Assembly: GCA_963789955.1 (NCBI GenBank)
Contig: CAWBMV010000022.1
Location: 32,001 to 96,000 of the forward strand
Direction: 5' to 3'
From: an uncultured Candidatus Rokubacteria bacterium
Lineage (GTDB): Bacteria; Methylomirabilota; Methylomirabilia; Rokubacteriales; CSP1-6
DNA: 64,000 bases
Shown here piece after piece: positions 1-11,012 of the stretch. Each line of letters opens with the position of its first letter. Within the stretch, counting starts at the first letter, position 1. Under the pieces are notes generated by a model. It did not search any database, was not told the origin of the DNA, and saw only the letters and a list, made by a program, of their open reading frames with translations. The position numbers and the translations under genes are program-made.

Positions 1-393
1 CTTGCTGTAGACGGGCGGATTCGGCAGGTCGCGGGGCAGGAAGGTCGCGGCCGCGTTGATGGCCGCCTGCACCTGCTGCTCGGCGATGTCGATCGACAGC
101 GCCAGGTCGAACTGCAACGTCACGATCGACGACCCGCTCGAGCTGATCGACGTCATCTGCTTGAGGCCGGGGAGCTGGCCGAACTGCCGCTCGAGCGGCG
201 CGGTGACGCCCGACGCCATGACGTCGGGGCTCGCGCCCGGATAGAACGTGACGATCTGGATCGTCGGGTAGTCGACTTGTGGCAGCGCGGCGACGGGCAG
301 CTGCCGGTACGCCACGAACCCGGCCAGCACGATCGCCGCCGTCAGGAGCGACGTCGCGACCGGCCGGATGATGAACTGGCGGGAGAGGTTCAC
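1..393 (-). CDS. mdtB: RND efflux permease, MdtB/MuxB type (N-terminal part; runs off the window)
   Basis: Own translation from GTG at 393: [17 protein letters not shown]...[46 protein letters not shown] overlap with the adaptor gene stop. Confidence 0.9.
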   Translation of the reverse strand, partial: MNLSRQFIIRPVATSLLTAAIVLAGFVAYRQLPVAALPQVDYPTIQIVTFYPGASPDVMASGVTAPLERQFGQLPGLKQMTSISSSGSSIVTLQFDLALSIDIAEQQVQAAINAAATFLPRDLPNPPVYSK

Positions 394-1667
394 GCTCCCG
401 GCCGGGGCGTGCGCGCCGGCGGAGTCGGGGTCCCCGTCGCGCCCGGGGTGGCCGGCGCGTCGGCGGGAGCCTTGCGCACGGTCGGCTCGACCCGCGCTCC
501 GTCCTGAACCTTCTCGGCGCCGTCCACGACGAGCGCCTCTCTGTCGGTGAGTCCGGTGCGGACCGAGATCGTCGCGCCCTCGCTCGGCCCGAGCTGCACC
601 CGGCGCATCTGCACGACCTTGTCCGGCTTGACCACGTAGACGTACGCGCCCTGCGGGCCGCGCTGGATCGCTTCCGCGGGCGCCAGGGCCGAGTCGTGCA
701 GCACGTCGATCAGGACCCGGGCGTTCACGAACTGGTTCGGGTAGAGGGCGCCGTCCGTGTTCCCGAACGACGCCTTCAGACGCACGGTGCCGGTCGTCGG
801 ATCGATCTGGTTGTCGATCGCGACCAGGGTGCCCGTGGCGATCTTCGTCTTGCCCTCACGGTCGAACGCGTCCACGGGAACCTTGTTGCCGACGCGGAAG
901 CGCCGCAGGATCGGCTGCAGGCTGTCCTCCGGCACGCTGAACACGAGCGCGATGGGCTCGAGCTGAGTGATGACGACGAGGCCGCCCGAGTCGGCCGCCT
1001 TCACGACGTTGCCCGGATCGACGAGCCGCAGGCCGACACGGCCGGTGATCGGCGCCGTGATCCGGCAGTAGGTGAGCTGCAGCTTGATCGCGTCGATCAG
1101 CCCCGCGTTCACCTTGATGGAGGCTTCGGCCTGGTTGACGACCATCTGCTGCGTGTCGAGCTGTTGGCGCGCGATCATTTCCTGCTGCGCCAGCCGCTGA
1201 TAGCGCTCGAGGTCGAGCTTCGCGTTCGCGAGGTTGGCCTGGTCGCGCGCCATCTGTCCTTCGGCCTGGGTGAGCTGCGCCTGGAAGGGGCGGGGATCGA
1301 TCTCGGCCAGCAGGTCGTCGGCGTGGACGACCTGTCCTTCCGTGAAATGCGTCTTCATCAGCTGGCCGTCGACGCGGCTCTTCACCGTGACGGTGTTGAG
1401 CGGGGTGACCGAGCCGAGCGCCGTGAGGTAAACGTTCAGGTCGCCGATGCGGACCGGCGCGACGACCACCGGAATCGGTCGCGCGGGCGCCGCGGAGCGG
1501 CCACCCGCGGTCTTCGCCGGCGGCTGCGTCTTGGCCTGGCGGCCGTAGGCGATCCAGGAGCCCGCGGCGAGGAGGCAGGCGAGGCCGAACACGATGACGG
1601 CGAGGCGACGGCTGCCACCACCACGGCGCGCGCTACCTTCCGGAATTGTTTCGCTTTCTGCTTGCAC
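390..1667 (-). CDS. mdtA: RND efflux periplasmic adaptor, MdtA/MuxA type
   Basis: [50 protein letters not shown] motifs. GTG at 1667 follows a GAGGGG RBS. Confidence 0.9.
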   Translation of the reverse strand: MQAESETIPEGSARRGGGSRRLAVIVFGLACLLAAGSWIAYGRQAKTQPPAKTAGGRSAAPARPIPVVVAPVRIGDLNVYLTALGSVTPLNTVTVKSRVDGQLMKTHFTEGQVVHADDLLAEIDPRPFQAQLTQAEGQMARDQANLANAKLDLERYQRLAQQEMIARQQLDTQQMVVNQAEASIKVNAGLIDAIKLQLTYCRITAPITGRVGLRLVDPGNVVKAADSGGLVVITQLEPIALVFSVPEDSLQPILRRFRVGNKVPVDAFDREGKTKIATGTLVAIDNQIDPTTGTVRLKASFGNTDGALYPNQFVNARVLIDVLHDSALAPAEAIQRGPQGAYVYVVKPDKVVQMRRVQLGPSEGATISVRTGLTDREALVVDGAEKVQDGARVEPTVRKAPADAPATPGATGTPTPPARTPRPGA

Positions 1668-1815
1668 GCAGGCCCCCTCATGATGCCGACCGTTCGCCGT
1701 TCGCCGCCAGCATACCGCGGAATCCCGAAGAGGAGCCCATCGTCGAGCGGTACCGTCACTGGACGAAGGCAAGGGGCGCGTTCGTTGACGGGCGGCTCGT
1801 GTATGCTGCGTAGCC

Positions 1816-2998
1816 ATGCGTCTCCGTGGACTCTTCGCGCTCGCCGTCCTGGTGTTGATGGCCGCACCGGCCTGGGCCGATCATCCACGCTCGCCGGACG
1901 AGGTCGTGGCCGAGGTTCGTCGGGCCACCGAGCAGTATCAAGACATCGCGCGGGCCCGTGCCGACGGCTTCGTGCAGGTCAGCGGGATGGAAGCCCGCCA
2001 CGGCTATCACTTCATGAACATCAATGCGCCGATGCTCACGGCCGCGGGCATGGTCGCCAGCACGCTCGATCTCGCTCGGCCGCCGATGCTGCTCTACGTC
2101 GAGCGCGACGGGGTCTGGAAGCTGGCCGGGGTCGAATACGCGCTGACGACGCCCCCGCGTCCGAATCCGCTCCCCGGCTCCGAGTGGCACTGGCACGAAG
2201 CCTCCTGCCACTATCGAGACTATCGAGAGCAGCCCGCGCCGCGGGCATGCCGATTGCCCGACGAAGCATCCGGAGAGCAACGAGCCGTTCGTGCTGTGGC
2301 ATCCGGCCTTCGCCGTCGTCCACGTGTGGGCCTGGATCCCGAGCCCTGATGGCCCGTTCTCGGGGGAGAACGCGGCGCTCGCGCCCTACGGCGGGACGCC
2401 GGTGCCGCCGGGTCATCGCCATCCGCGCAGCGAGCCCGAGCTCGCGTATTCCCAGGTCACGCATCGCGTGGCGGGCGGGGTGCTGATCCTCGTGGCCGTG
2501 CTCACCGCGTGGGAAGCGTGGCGTCCCCGGCGATTTCCGTGGTCGGCGCTGTCCTCGATCGTCTTCATCCTGTTCGGGCTCTATCTGATTCCCACGTCCG
2601 ATCCGGAGTCGTGGCCGTGGGGGCCGGGCACCTTCATGGAGATCTTCACGGATCCGCTCGTCTTGCAGCACAAGCTCCTGGCGCTCGTGCCGCTGAGCTT
2701 CGGCGTCATCGGGGTCCTGCGCAGCGCCGGCGTGCTGGCGCGATCGTACTGGTACGCCGTGGTGCCGACCCTGGCGGTGCTCGCGGGCGCCTCGCTCTTC
2801 GTGCACTTCCACGACGGCCGCTTTCACGTGGACGCGGTCTACCTGCAGCACGCGGCGATGGGGCTGACGTCGATCGCGGCGGGCACCTTGATCTTCGCGG
2901 CCCGGCGCACCGCCGGCGGTGAAGCGCTGATCCGCTGGGGCTGGCCCGGACTCATCGGCGCGATGGGGCTGATCTTGCTCTTCTACGTGGAGCACTGA
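1816..2998 (+). CDS. Secreted His-rich domain fused to a multi-TM His-containing membrane domain (frameshift near 2245)
   Basis: ORF 1816-2349 (signal peptide, HGYHFMN, PPMLLY, LAGVEY, HWHEASC) continues in the 2291-2998 frame (WHP, VHVWAW, then about 5 TM helices with SDPESWP and QH motifs). Confidence 0.65.
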
Positions 2999-3035
2999 CG
3001 GCGGCGTGAACGCGCGGGGCAGGAGGTAGTCGGCG

Positions 3036-4254
3036 ATGAGCGATCTCTCACGTCGTGACGCGGCAAAACGCATCGCGCGATTCGGTGCGCTGCTGGCCGC
3101 CGGCGGCCTCGTGGGGCCTCGCGCTTCCGCGCTCGCCCAGGACGACCCCGTCCTCGCGGGACGCCCGCTGGTGCGGTATCCCGAGAAGACCGATCTGATC
3201 TTGCTGACGTCCCGGCCGCCGCAGCTCGAGACACCGATGAAGTACTTCGACCGCGCGATCACGCCGAACGAGGCGTTCTTCGTTCGCTACCACGTGTTCC
3301 CGATCCCGCTCGAGGTCGACCTGGCCACCTGGCGGCTCCGCGTGACCGGGCGTGTCGATCGGCCGCTCGAGCTGTCGCTGGACGATCTGAAGACGAAGTT
3401 CCCGCGCGCCGCGGTGACCGCGGTCAACCAGTGCTCGGGCAACAGCCGCGGGAGATTCGCGCCCCGCGTGCTCGGGGGGGAGTGGGGCGATGGCGCGATG
3501 GGCAACGCCGAGTGGGTCGGCGCACGCCTCAAGGACGTCCTCGCCGCGGCCGGGGTGCGCCAGGGCGCCGTGCAGGCGACGTTCGACGGCCTCGACAAGC
3601 CCGCGTTTCCGTCCGTGCCCGACTTCGTCAAGAGCCTCGACATCGCGCGGATCATGGACGACCCGGACATCCTGGTCGCCTATCAGATGAACGGCGCGCC
3701 GCTGCCGATGCTGAACGGCTTCCCCGCGCGCCTCGTCGTGCCGGGCTGGTACGCGACGTACTGGGTCAAGAACCTGTCGGAGATCGAGATCGTCGATCAA
3801 CCGTTCGAGAAGTTCTGGATGAAGCCGGCCTACCGCATTCCCGACAACGCCTGCGGCTGCGTGCCGCCGGGCACCGCGCCGGCGCGCACGGTTCCGATCA
3901 ATCGCATGACGGTCCGCTCGTTCATCGCCTCGCCGGGGTCCGGCACGCGCGTGCCGGTCGGCCGGCCCGTCACGCTCAAGGGCATCGCCTTCGACAGCGG
4001 CTACGGCATTCAAGAGGTGCAGATGTCGGTCGACGGCAGGCGCCACGTGGCGGCGGACCGACCTCGGCGGCGACCTCGGACGCTACTCGTTTCGTGAGTG
4101 GTCCGCGACGTGGACGCCGAGCCAGGCGGGACCGGCGCGCGTGATGGTGCGCGCGTTCAACCGGATCGGTGAGTCACAGGGCCGCGAGCCCCTCTGGAAT
4201 CCCGCGGGCTACCTCCGCAACGTGATCGAGCACGTCGATCTGCAGGTCGGATAG
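3036..4254 (+). CDS. sorA: Molybdopterin sulfite dehydrogenase subunit, SorA-like (frameshift near 4038)
   Basis: Tat signal SRRD; RPPQLETP, ITPNEAFFVRYH, Mo-ligand QCSGNSR, NGFPARLVVPGWY. The C-terminus (DLGRYSFREW...WNPAGYLRNVIE) resumes in another frame to TAG 4254. Confidence 0.85.
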
Positions 4255-4263
4255 GCGACCGCC

Positions 4264-4572
4264 ATGCGACGTCTCCTCGGGCCCGGTCTCCTGGTTCTGG
4301 CGCTCGCCGCGGCGGCCGTTGCCGCCGACAAGACGATCCCGATGCCGGCCGATCATGCCTACGCCACGCTCAAGCCCGGCGCCGGCGTCGAGGTCACGCG
4401 CCAGCAGTGCGTGTCCTGCCACTCCACCGACTACATCGTCATGCAGCCGCACGGCAACGCGAAGCAATGGGATGGCGTCGTGACCAAGATGATCAAGGTC
4501 TTCGGCGCGCCGGTCAGCGACCAGGACGCGAAGACGATCGTGGAGTATCTGGCGACGCAGTACGGCAACTGA
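4264..4572 (+). CDS. sorB: Monoheme cytochrome c, SorB-like
   Basis: Signal peptide, CVSCH heme motif, W..VVTKMIKVFGAP; directly follows sorA. Confidence 0.85.
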   Translation: MRRLLGPGLLVLALAAAAVAADKTIPMPADHAYATLKPGAGVEVTRQQCVSCHSTDYIVMQPHGNAKQWDGVVTKMIKVFGAPVSDQDAKTIVEYLATQYGN

Positions 4573-4610
4573 TCGACACGTCGAACCCGGCGTTCTCCTC
4601 GAGCTTGGAT

Positions 4611-4979
4611 TCAGCTGGGGGGAGCGTAGCGCGCGTCCACGTAGACCCAGGCCCGAGCGCCTGACCGGAGGATCGCGCCGATACGCTTGTAGGCCGCCAC
4701 CTCGTACTTGTCCGCGTTCTGGAGCTCTTCCGCGGTGATCCGGAACACGGTGCCGGCGACGGTGTCGGTCTCGCGCCCGGTGAACGCGACGATCGGGTGA
4801 TGAGTCTTTCCGCTCGTCGCGACGACCTCCGCGTCTTCGATCTTCATCATCGACTGCGCGAATCCGGGCAGCTCGTCCGGCGTGCCCTCCAGCTTCCGGC
4901 CGAAGGTGGACAGCTGCACCGCCTCGATCTGCAGGGTGCCGTACGAGAACAAGAGCTCGGTCGTGGGTTGTTCAGGCAT
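4611..4979 (-). CDS. Gamma-glutamylcyclotransferase family protein
   Basis: LFSYGTL N-terminal motif, ADKYE, AWVYV. Confidence 0.85.
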   Translation of the reverse strand: MPEQPTTELLFSYGTLQIEAVQLSTFGRKLEGTPDELPGFAQSMMKIEDAEVVATSGKTHHPIVAFTGRETDTVAGTVFRITAEELQNADKYEVAAYKRIGAILRSGARAWVYVDARYAPPS

Positions 4980-5029
4980 AGGGCTCGTCGAGGTAGGGTA
5001 TCACTCACGCGAAGCCCCGCAGCGCGGGC

Positions 5030-6064
5030 TCAGCGCTGGGGCCGCGCTCGATAGGTCTCGAACAGCGATTCCAGAATGGCCCGCTCGCCCGCGAAGAGCT
5101 CGAAGGTTCGCGTCGCCATCAGGTGGGCGCCCCGAACCAGACGCGCGCGCTCGATCGCGGTGCTGCCGACCGTCGAGTCGCCCTCGCACGGAGCGATGAG
5201 CGCGACGTTCACGCCGTCGACGGCCTCTTCGCCGGTGGCCAGGCGTCGGCCGCGGTTGAGCGCCTCGTGCATCGAGGCGAAGGCGCGCATGAGCGCGGGA
5301 TAGCGGCGGCCCATCATCATATAGAAGAGGCTCCGCTCCCAGAGGCGCGGCCTCGCCATCGGCGCATCGCACCGGCTGCTCGCCAGCACCAGGATGTCGG
5401 TGCAGCCGTTTTCGATCGCTCGCGCGACCGGCAGCGAGTCGGACACGCCGCCATCGACGAACTCCCGCCCGTCCAGGACGATCCGCCGGTTGTACAGCAC
5501 CGGAAGCGCGCTCGAGGCCTTGAGCAGCAGCGGGACCGGCTCCGATCGTGCCCGCACATCGAGCAGCTCGTTCAGGCCGGACCGCGCGTCGGTGACCGAG
5601 AGCAAGAATCGGACGCGCGAGGCGCGGATCGCGGCGTCGTCCAGCGGCTTGTGGAGCGAGATGATGCGATCGTAGGCGTAATCGACGTCGACGATCTTGA
5701 AGACGCGCCACGGGTTGATGAAGCGACGGTTGGCGATGTCGTCGAAGTAGACGGTCATGCCGAGCTTGCCTTGCCCGGAGAGAAAATACGCCGCGTTCAC
5801 GCCGCCGGCGGACGCCGCGTAGATCTCGTCGAAGATCTCCCGGAAGCCGAGGAGATCGAGCGCCAGGAGACTTCCGGCGGAGATGACGCCCCGCATGCCG
5901 CCGCCTTCGATGACGAGCCCGAGCTTGCGCGATGGGTCGGGTTTATTCCGGCCCGCCGGTGAAGCGCGCTCGAGGATGAGATCGATGACTCGCCGGGGAT
6001 GGGTGCCGGCAAGCGACGCAGCGCGCGGCGCGTTGGTCATGATGGCGCGCTCCAACTCTGTCAT
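5030..6064 (-). CDS. Patatin-like phospholipase
   Basis: EGGGMRG, nucleophile elbow AASAG, DGG motif. Confidence 0.85.
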   Translation of the reverse strand: MTELERAIMTNAPRAASLAGTHPRRVIDLILERASPAGRNKPDPSRKLGLVIEGGGMRGVISAGSLLALDLLGFREIFDEIYAASAGGVNAAYFLSGQGKLGMTVYFDDIANRRFINPWRVFKIVDVDYAYDRIISLHKPLDDAAIRASRVRFLLSVTDARSGLNELLDVRARSEPVPLLLKASSALPVLYNRRIVLDGREFVDGGVSDSLPVARAIENGCTDILVLASSRCDAPMARPRLWERSLFYMMMGRRYPALMRAFASMHEALNRGRRLATGEEAVDGVNVALIAPCEGDSTVGSTAIERARLVRGAHLMATRTFELFAGERAILESLFETYRARPQR

Positions 6065-6118
6065 TTTGCGACGCGAGGGCGGTCGCGGTCAACACGACCA
6101 CCGCGACGGGAGCGAATG

Positions 6119-7069
6119 TCAGCGGCCGCCGAGCGGCACGCGCTCGATCGTGAAGCCGCGTTCAGCCAGGAGCTTCTGCAGCGGCGCGTCGCCGACCATG
6201 TGCAGCACGCCCGCCGCCGCGAAGAGGCGCCGGCCGTCGCGATGCAGCTCGTCGATGCGCGCGGCGATGGCCGGGTTGCGCGCGCCCGCCATGCGTTCCA
6301 GCGCGGCCCGCGCCTCGGCGGGCTCGTAAAGGCGCGCCAGCGCGTCGAGGTCACCGCGGGCCCAGGCGTTCGCGATGACGGCCATGGCCTTACGGGCGGA
6401 GCCGTTCTCGACGGCCATGAGCCGCTGGTCGACCTCGACCGCCTGCTCGGCCGGCGAGCCCGCGACGATCGCGGCGCGCTGGATCGCGACCGTCTCGAGC
6501 GTCACGAGGTTCTTGCCCGTCTTTCGCGCGAAGCTCGCCAGCACCGCCTCGATCGAGTAGTCCGTGTGGAGCCCGTCCCAGCGGGCGTCGAGCAAGGTCA
6601 GCCGCGTGACCATCATCAGGGGCGGCATCGCCTCGAGGCTTTCCCAGGGCTCGCAGGCGCGGGCGGCCTGTGCGCGGAGACGGTCGAGCAGCCTGGGGGG
6701 AAGCGATGGAGCCTCGTGGGGCTTCTGGGGGGCGGCCATGCCCGCGCCCGTGGCCGGATCGCCGGGGTCGGCCTCGATCGCGACCGTCTCGGCGTCGCGG
6801 AGGGCGCGCCCGATCGTCGGGCCCGGCATCGCCCAGTCGAGATTCGCGATGTGGATGGTGCCGTAGAGGTAGCCGGCGCGCCCGTCCTTTTCGAATCGCC
6901 AGAGCGCGCCGTGATCCCGCGCGTTCCGACCCGCTTCCGCGAGCTCAGCCTGCGTGGGGACGACGACCGACGGCGGACAGGTGATCTCGGCCGACCGGGC
7001 ATGGATGCAGAGCGCGAGCGTAGGAAGGAAGACCGCGACGAGGACGCTCAGACGGGCCGGTCGAGGCAA
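6119..7069 (-). CDS. TraB/GumN family protein
   Basis: YLYGTIH, LET..Q, RN..IA.RI, AAGVLHMVG motifs; signal peptide. Start uncertain. Confidence 0.85.
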   Translation of the reverse strand: MPRPARLSVLVAVFLPTLALCIHARSAEITCPPSVVVPTQAELAEAGRNARDHGALWRFEKDGRAGYLYGTIHIANLDWAMPGPTIGRALRDAETVAIEADPGDPATGAGMAAPQKPHEAPSLPPRLLDRLRAQAARACEPWESLEAMPPLMMVTRLTLLDARWDGLHTDYSIEAVLASFARKTGKNLVTLETVAIQRAAIVAGSPAEQAVEVDQRLMAVENGSARKAMAVIANAWARGDLDALARLYEPAEARAALERMAGARNPAIAARIDELHRDGRRLFAAAGVLHMVGDAPLQKLLAERGFTIERVPLGGR

Positions 7070-7153
7070 AAGTCAGCTCCGCGGCCACGAGCATACGCCG
7101 CTACTGCCCATCGTCCGGAAAATAGCCAGGCGAGGATGCTGTGGATATGGATG

Positions 7154-7169
7154 AGCACGTGGTGTGCCA
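7154..7169 (-). promoter_or_regulatory. Putative sigma-54 (-24/-12) promoter for the traB-patatin-GGCT genes
   Basis: Minus strand TGGCACACCACGTGCT, with GG and GC at canonical spacing. Confidence 0.55.
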
Positions 7170-7318
7170 GATACCGAGCGCGCGGGGCGACCGACACTTA
7201 CGTGCGTTTCCGGCACGTTTCGTCGAGCGAGCGCGACGATTCTTGCCACTGATGTGGCCAAAGAGGCCGCGAAATCTGTGTCGTTCCGGAGATCAGGCTG
7301 CCGTATCGTAAAGATTGA

Positions 7319-8473
7319 ATGGGTGGTGCAGAGCTCCTCATCGCGATCGCGCACATCCTCACGACCGAGGCGGACCTCACCGAGGCGCTGCGCCTCGTCG
7401 TGCGCGAGGTCGTGCGCTTCGTCGGGGCCGAGACCGGCGCGGCGTACCGCGTCGATCCGGAGCGCCGTCTCCTCGTGCCGGTCGCCGCATATCGGGTCCC
7501 CCACCATGCGCTGTCGATCCTGACCTCGGCGCTCTTGCCGATCGACGAGCAGGGCTTCCGCGAGAGCGTGTTCGCCGGGGCCACCATCACGTCGAGTGAC
7601 GACGTCCAGAACGACCCGCGCTTCGCCTACGAGCTGTTCCACCAGTTCCCCCATCGCTCGGGCGTGATCGTGCCCATTCACCTCGGCGGCGACGTGGCGG
7701 GCGCGCTCTATCTGGTGTGGTGGGAGCGGGCGGAGCGCTTCGATCTGGCGCGGGTGGCGATGCTGGAGGCGGTCAGCCAGCAGCTGGCGCTGCTGCTGCG
7801 CTCGGCGCGGCTTCGCGCCGAGGCGCTCGCCGCCGAGGCGCGCTACCACGGCCTCGTCGAGCACGTCCCGGTCGGCATCTTCCGCACGACGCCGAGCGGT
7901 CAGATTCTCGACGCCAACCCGGCGATGCTCGAGCTCTTGAAGTTCAAGGATCGGGAGGCCCTGCTCGGCGTCAACGCCACGGCCCTGTACGTCGATCCCG
8001 AAGACCGCGAGCGGTGGCACCAGCTGCGGGATGCCGCGGGCGTCACCCGAGATTTTCACTGCGAGCTGCGCACGCATGACGGCGGGACCGTGTGGGTCCG
8101 GCTGAACGCGCGTCTCGTGCGGGACGGCGAGCACGAATACTGGGAGGGGACGGTCGAGGACATTACCAGCCAGCGCCGTGCCGACGAGGCCGAGCGGCGC
8201 GCCGAGACGCTGCGCGCCGTCGCTCAGCTCGCGAACGCGGCGGCCCACGAGATCAACAACCCGCTCGCGGTGATCGTCGGCCGCCTCGAGCTCCTGCGTC
8301 GCGATCTCACCACGGACCAGCGGGGAAGGCTCGCCCCGATCGTCGAGGCGTCGAAGCAGATCGCCAAGATCATCACGCACATGGGGCGACTGACCCGGCT
8401 GGAAACGCTCGACGACCTTCCGGCGTCCCCGATGCTGGACCTGCGTCGATCCGCGGAGCAGCTGACCAAGTAA
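7319..8473 (+). CDS. GAF-PAS-HisKA protein lacking a HATPase domain
   Basis: GAF, PAS (GQILDANPA, DGGTVWVRL, GTVEDIT), H-box AAHEINNPL; ends about 70 aa later. Confidence 0.8.
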   Translation: MGGAELLIAIAHILTTEADLTEALRLVVREVVRFVGAETGAAYRVDPERRLLVPVAAYRVPHHALSILTSALLPIDEQGFRESVFAGATITSSDDVQNDPRFAYELFHQFPHRSGVIVPIHLGGDVAGALYLVWWERAERFDLARVAMLEAVSQQLALLLRSARLRAEALAAEARYHGLVEHVPVGIFRTTPSGQILDANPAMLELLKFKDREALLGVNATALYVDPEDRERWHQLRDAAGVTRDFHCELRTHDGGTVWVRLNARLVRDGEHEYWEGTVEDITSQRRADEAERRAETLRAVAQLANAAAHEINNPLAVIVGRLELLRRDLTTDQRGRLAPIVEASKQIAKIITHMGRLTRLETLDDLPASPMLDLRRSAEQLTK

Positions 8474-8480
8474 GACCGCT

Positions 8481-10023
8481 CTAGCCTGCCGGCGCTCCTG
8501 GCGGATCCTTGAAGAAGGTCCCGGTGAACACGACGGAGTTGGGAAAGACGACGACCCGACCCGTCGGCTTCAGCGGCTCACCGGCCAGCTCGTGGAGCTT
8601 GACCCGCACGAGGCCGATCTCCGCCACCTCGCCGTGCACGTACCCGAACGGCCCCTGGAGGCTCACCCGATCGCCGATGCGGATCCCGTTCGGCGCGACC
8701 ATCGTGAAGTAGCCGGCGACCGCGAGGATCACATTCTGGAGCGCGAAGGCGATGCCGGCCGCCGCGAAGCCGAGCGCGGTCACGAGGGCGGCCATCTCGC
8801 TGGTGAAGTGAAAGATCAACACGAGGGCGACCGCCACGGTCAGGACGATGCTCCGAGCGGTCAGGAACAAGCGCCGGCGCGCGGCATCGGTCACGTACCG
8901 CGCGACGGCGACCCGCCACAGCACGCCGCCGACGAAGATCACGGCGAGCGCGACCAGGACTCCGAGGAGGTCGAGCGCCAACCCCTGCAGGACCTGCCAC
9001 GACTGTCGATCGACGACCTCGTTCCAGCCTTTGAGGTCGCTGGCGTAGCGCCGGGCGAGCGCAGCCTCGTCGCGCAGAGGCAGCAAGACCGCCGCCATGA
9101 GCTTGCGCCGCTCGAGCAAGTTGCGAAACTCGCGCTGGCTGTCGTCCAGTGACGTCCCGGAATCCGTGGGGTTCTTGGCCAGTGCTTCCAGGCGGGTGAG
9201 GATCGGTCGCAGGCCCGCGCGCGCCGCCTTGGCCTCTTCGTCGAGACTGCGGACCAGATTGTTGGTCGCCGTCTCGAGATCCTCCAGACGGCTCCGGCTG
9301 CGCTGCAGCGCGAGCAGTCGCTGGACCATCCCCCACGTACCCGATCCGGATCCCGAGGACGTCGCGGCGCCGGATTGGGGCGCCGTCGCGGACCCGAGCT
9401 CCGGCACGGCCTCCTTCATCCCGTCGATCTGATGCTCGAGATCGTCGTCGGCGCCCGAGCCCGAGGAGCTGAGCTCGCGAAGCTGAGCGAAAAACTCGAC
9501 GCGCGCGCGGTCGAGCTCGAGCTTGTTCTGCGCGGCGGCGAGCTCGACCTGGAGAGCCGATCGCCGCTGGGGCTCGGCACGGAGCCGCGCGCGCAGCTTC
9601 TCGACGTCCTGCTCGTCCTGGCGGATCGTCGTCTCGAGCTTCTTCAGCTCCTCGGCGCGCCGCCCGCTGGTCGCCGAGGCCAGCGCGCTGTCGCGGCTGA
9701 GCAGCGCGGCCTCGGCGCGCGCGACATCGAACGCGCGGCCGACCAGCCGGAGAGCGGTCTGCTCGTCGGCCGGGCCGAACACGCCGCTGCCCTCGACAGA
9801 ACGCATCACGATGCGCGCCTGGCGGTACCAGGTCATCGCCCGATTCAAGGACGCCAGGACCTGCTCCGGCGATGCGGGCCGCCGGCGGGGGCTGATTCGG
9901 CGGCGCCGCGGGCTTGGCGCCCGGTGGCGCGTCGTCGGCACTCGCACAGGGCCACGCGGTCCCGCCGAGCGTCATTCCGGCGACGGACAGCACGAGTAGC
10001 AGGCGGGCTAGCCGCGTGCGCAT
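8481..10023 (-). CDS. MscS-family mechanosensitive channel with a large coiled-coil N-terminal region (frameshift near 9875)
   Basis: GFAAAGIAFALQNVILAVAGYF, IRIGDRV, GEVAEIG, GRVVVFPNS. The signal peptide MRTRLARLLLV lies in another frame. Confidence 0.8.
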
Positions 10024-10103
10024 CGACACCATTATGTGTAGCTTACGACCTCGATCCGGTCGGCCGCCACCGAACGCGCGTTCGGCCGGCCGATCGCGGC
10101 GGC

Positions 10104-11012
10104 TCAGCTCGGTCCCAGACGCGGATCGAGCGCGTCGCGCAGCCCGTCACCGAGCAGATTGAAGCCGAGCACCGAGAGCATGATGGCCGCGCCCGGAAAG
10201 CAGAAGACCCACCAGGCGCCGCTGGTGAAGTACTTGTACGAGTCGGCGAGCATCGCGCCCCACTCGGGGGTCGGCGGCTGCGCGCCGAGCCCGAGAAAGC
10301 CGAGCGCCGCGGCCTCGAGGATCGCGAAGGCGATCGAGAGCGTCGTCTGCACGATCAAGGGCGGCAAGCTGTTGGGCACGATGTGGCTCGCGAGAACGCG
10401 CCAGCCGCTGCAGCCGAGGCCCTGGGCCGCCAGCACGAACTCCTGCTCGCGCAGCGCCAGCACCGAGGCGCGGCTCAGCCGCGCGTAGGCGGGGATCGAG
10501 ACCAGGCTGATCGCGAACAGCGAATTGCGAAGACCGGGACCGATCATGGCCACGATCGCGATGGCCAGCAAGGTCGCCGGGAAGGCGAGCACGATGTCCA
10601 TGCAGAACATCACGACCAGGTCGGCGCGGCCCCGGAGGTAGCCGGCGAGGAACCCGAGCGCCGAGCCGAGCACGGTGGCCAGCGCGACGGCGCTCATCGC
10701 CAGCCCGAGCGACACGCGTGTCGCGTGGAGAATGCGGACGAGGATGTCTCGGCCGAGGCTGTCGGTGCCGAACGGATGCGCCGCCGTCGGCGGCTTCAGC
10801 CTCACGGTGAGGTCGGCGTCCGTCCGCGCGTCGTAGACGTGCACGAGGGGCGTCAGCAGCGCCACCAGCACGAAGGCCACGACCATGATCAGTCCGGCGC
10901 GCGCCGCCGGGCTCGCCACGAGCCGTCGCCACGCCGCCGAGGCCGGGCTTCGACCTGGCTCCGCGACCGCCACCGCTGCGCGATCCACCGCGACTTCGTA
11001 CGTCGTCATCAC
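10104..11012 (-). CDS. dppC: Peptide/nickel ABC permease, DppC-like
   Basis: HPFGTDSLGRD, EFVLAAQGLG (EAA), LGFLGLGAQPPTPEWG, NLLGDGLRDALDP. Confidence 0.9.
   Translation of the reverse strand: MMTTYEVAVDRAAVAVAEPGRSPASAAWRRLVASPAARAGLIMVVAFVLVALLTPLVHVYDARTDADLTVRLKPPTAAHPFGTDSLGRDILVRILHATRVSLGLAMSAVALATVLGSALGFLAGYLRGRADLVVMFCMDIVLAFPATLLAIAIVAMIGPGLRNSLFAISLVSIPAYARLSRASVLALREQEFVLAAQGLGCSGWRVLASHIVPNSLPPLIVQTTLSIAFAILEAAALGFLGLGAQPPTPEWGAMLADSYKYFTSGAWWVFCFPGAAIMLSVLGFNLLGDGLRDALDPRLGPS

Noticed and set aside
5800..5830. Patatin AxSxG instead of GxSxG as a sign of inactivity
   Set aside because: The catalytic Ser and DGG Asp are intact, so this is a minor variant.
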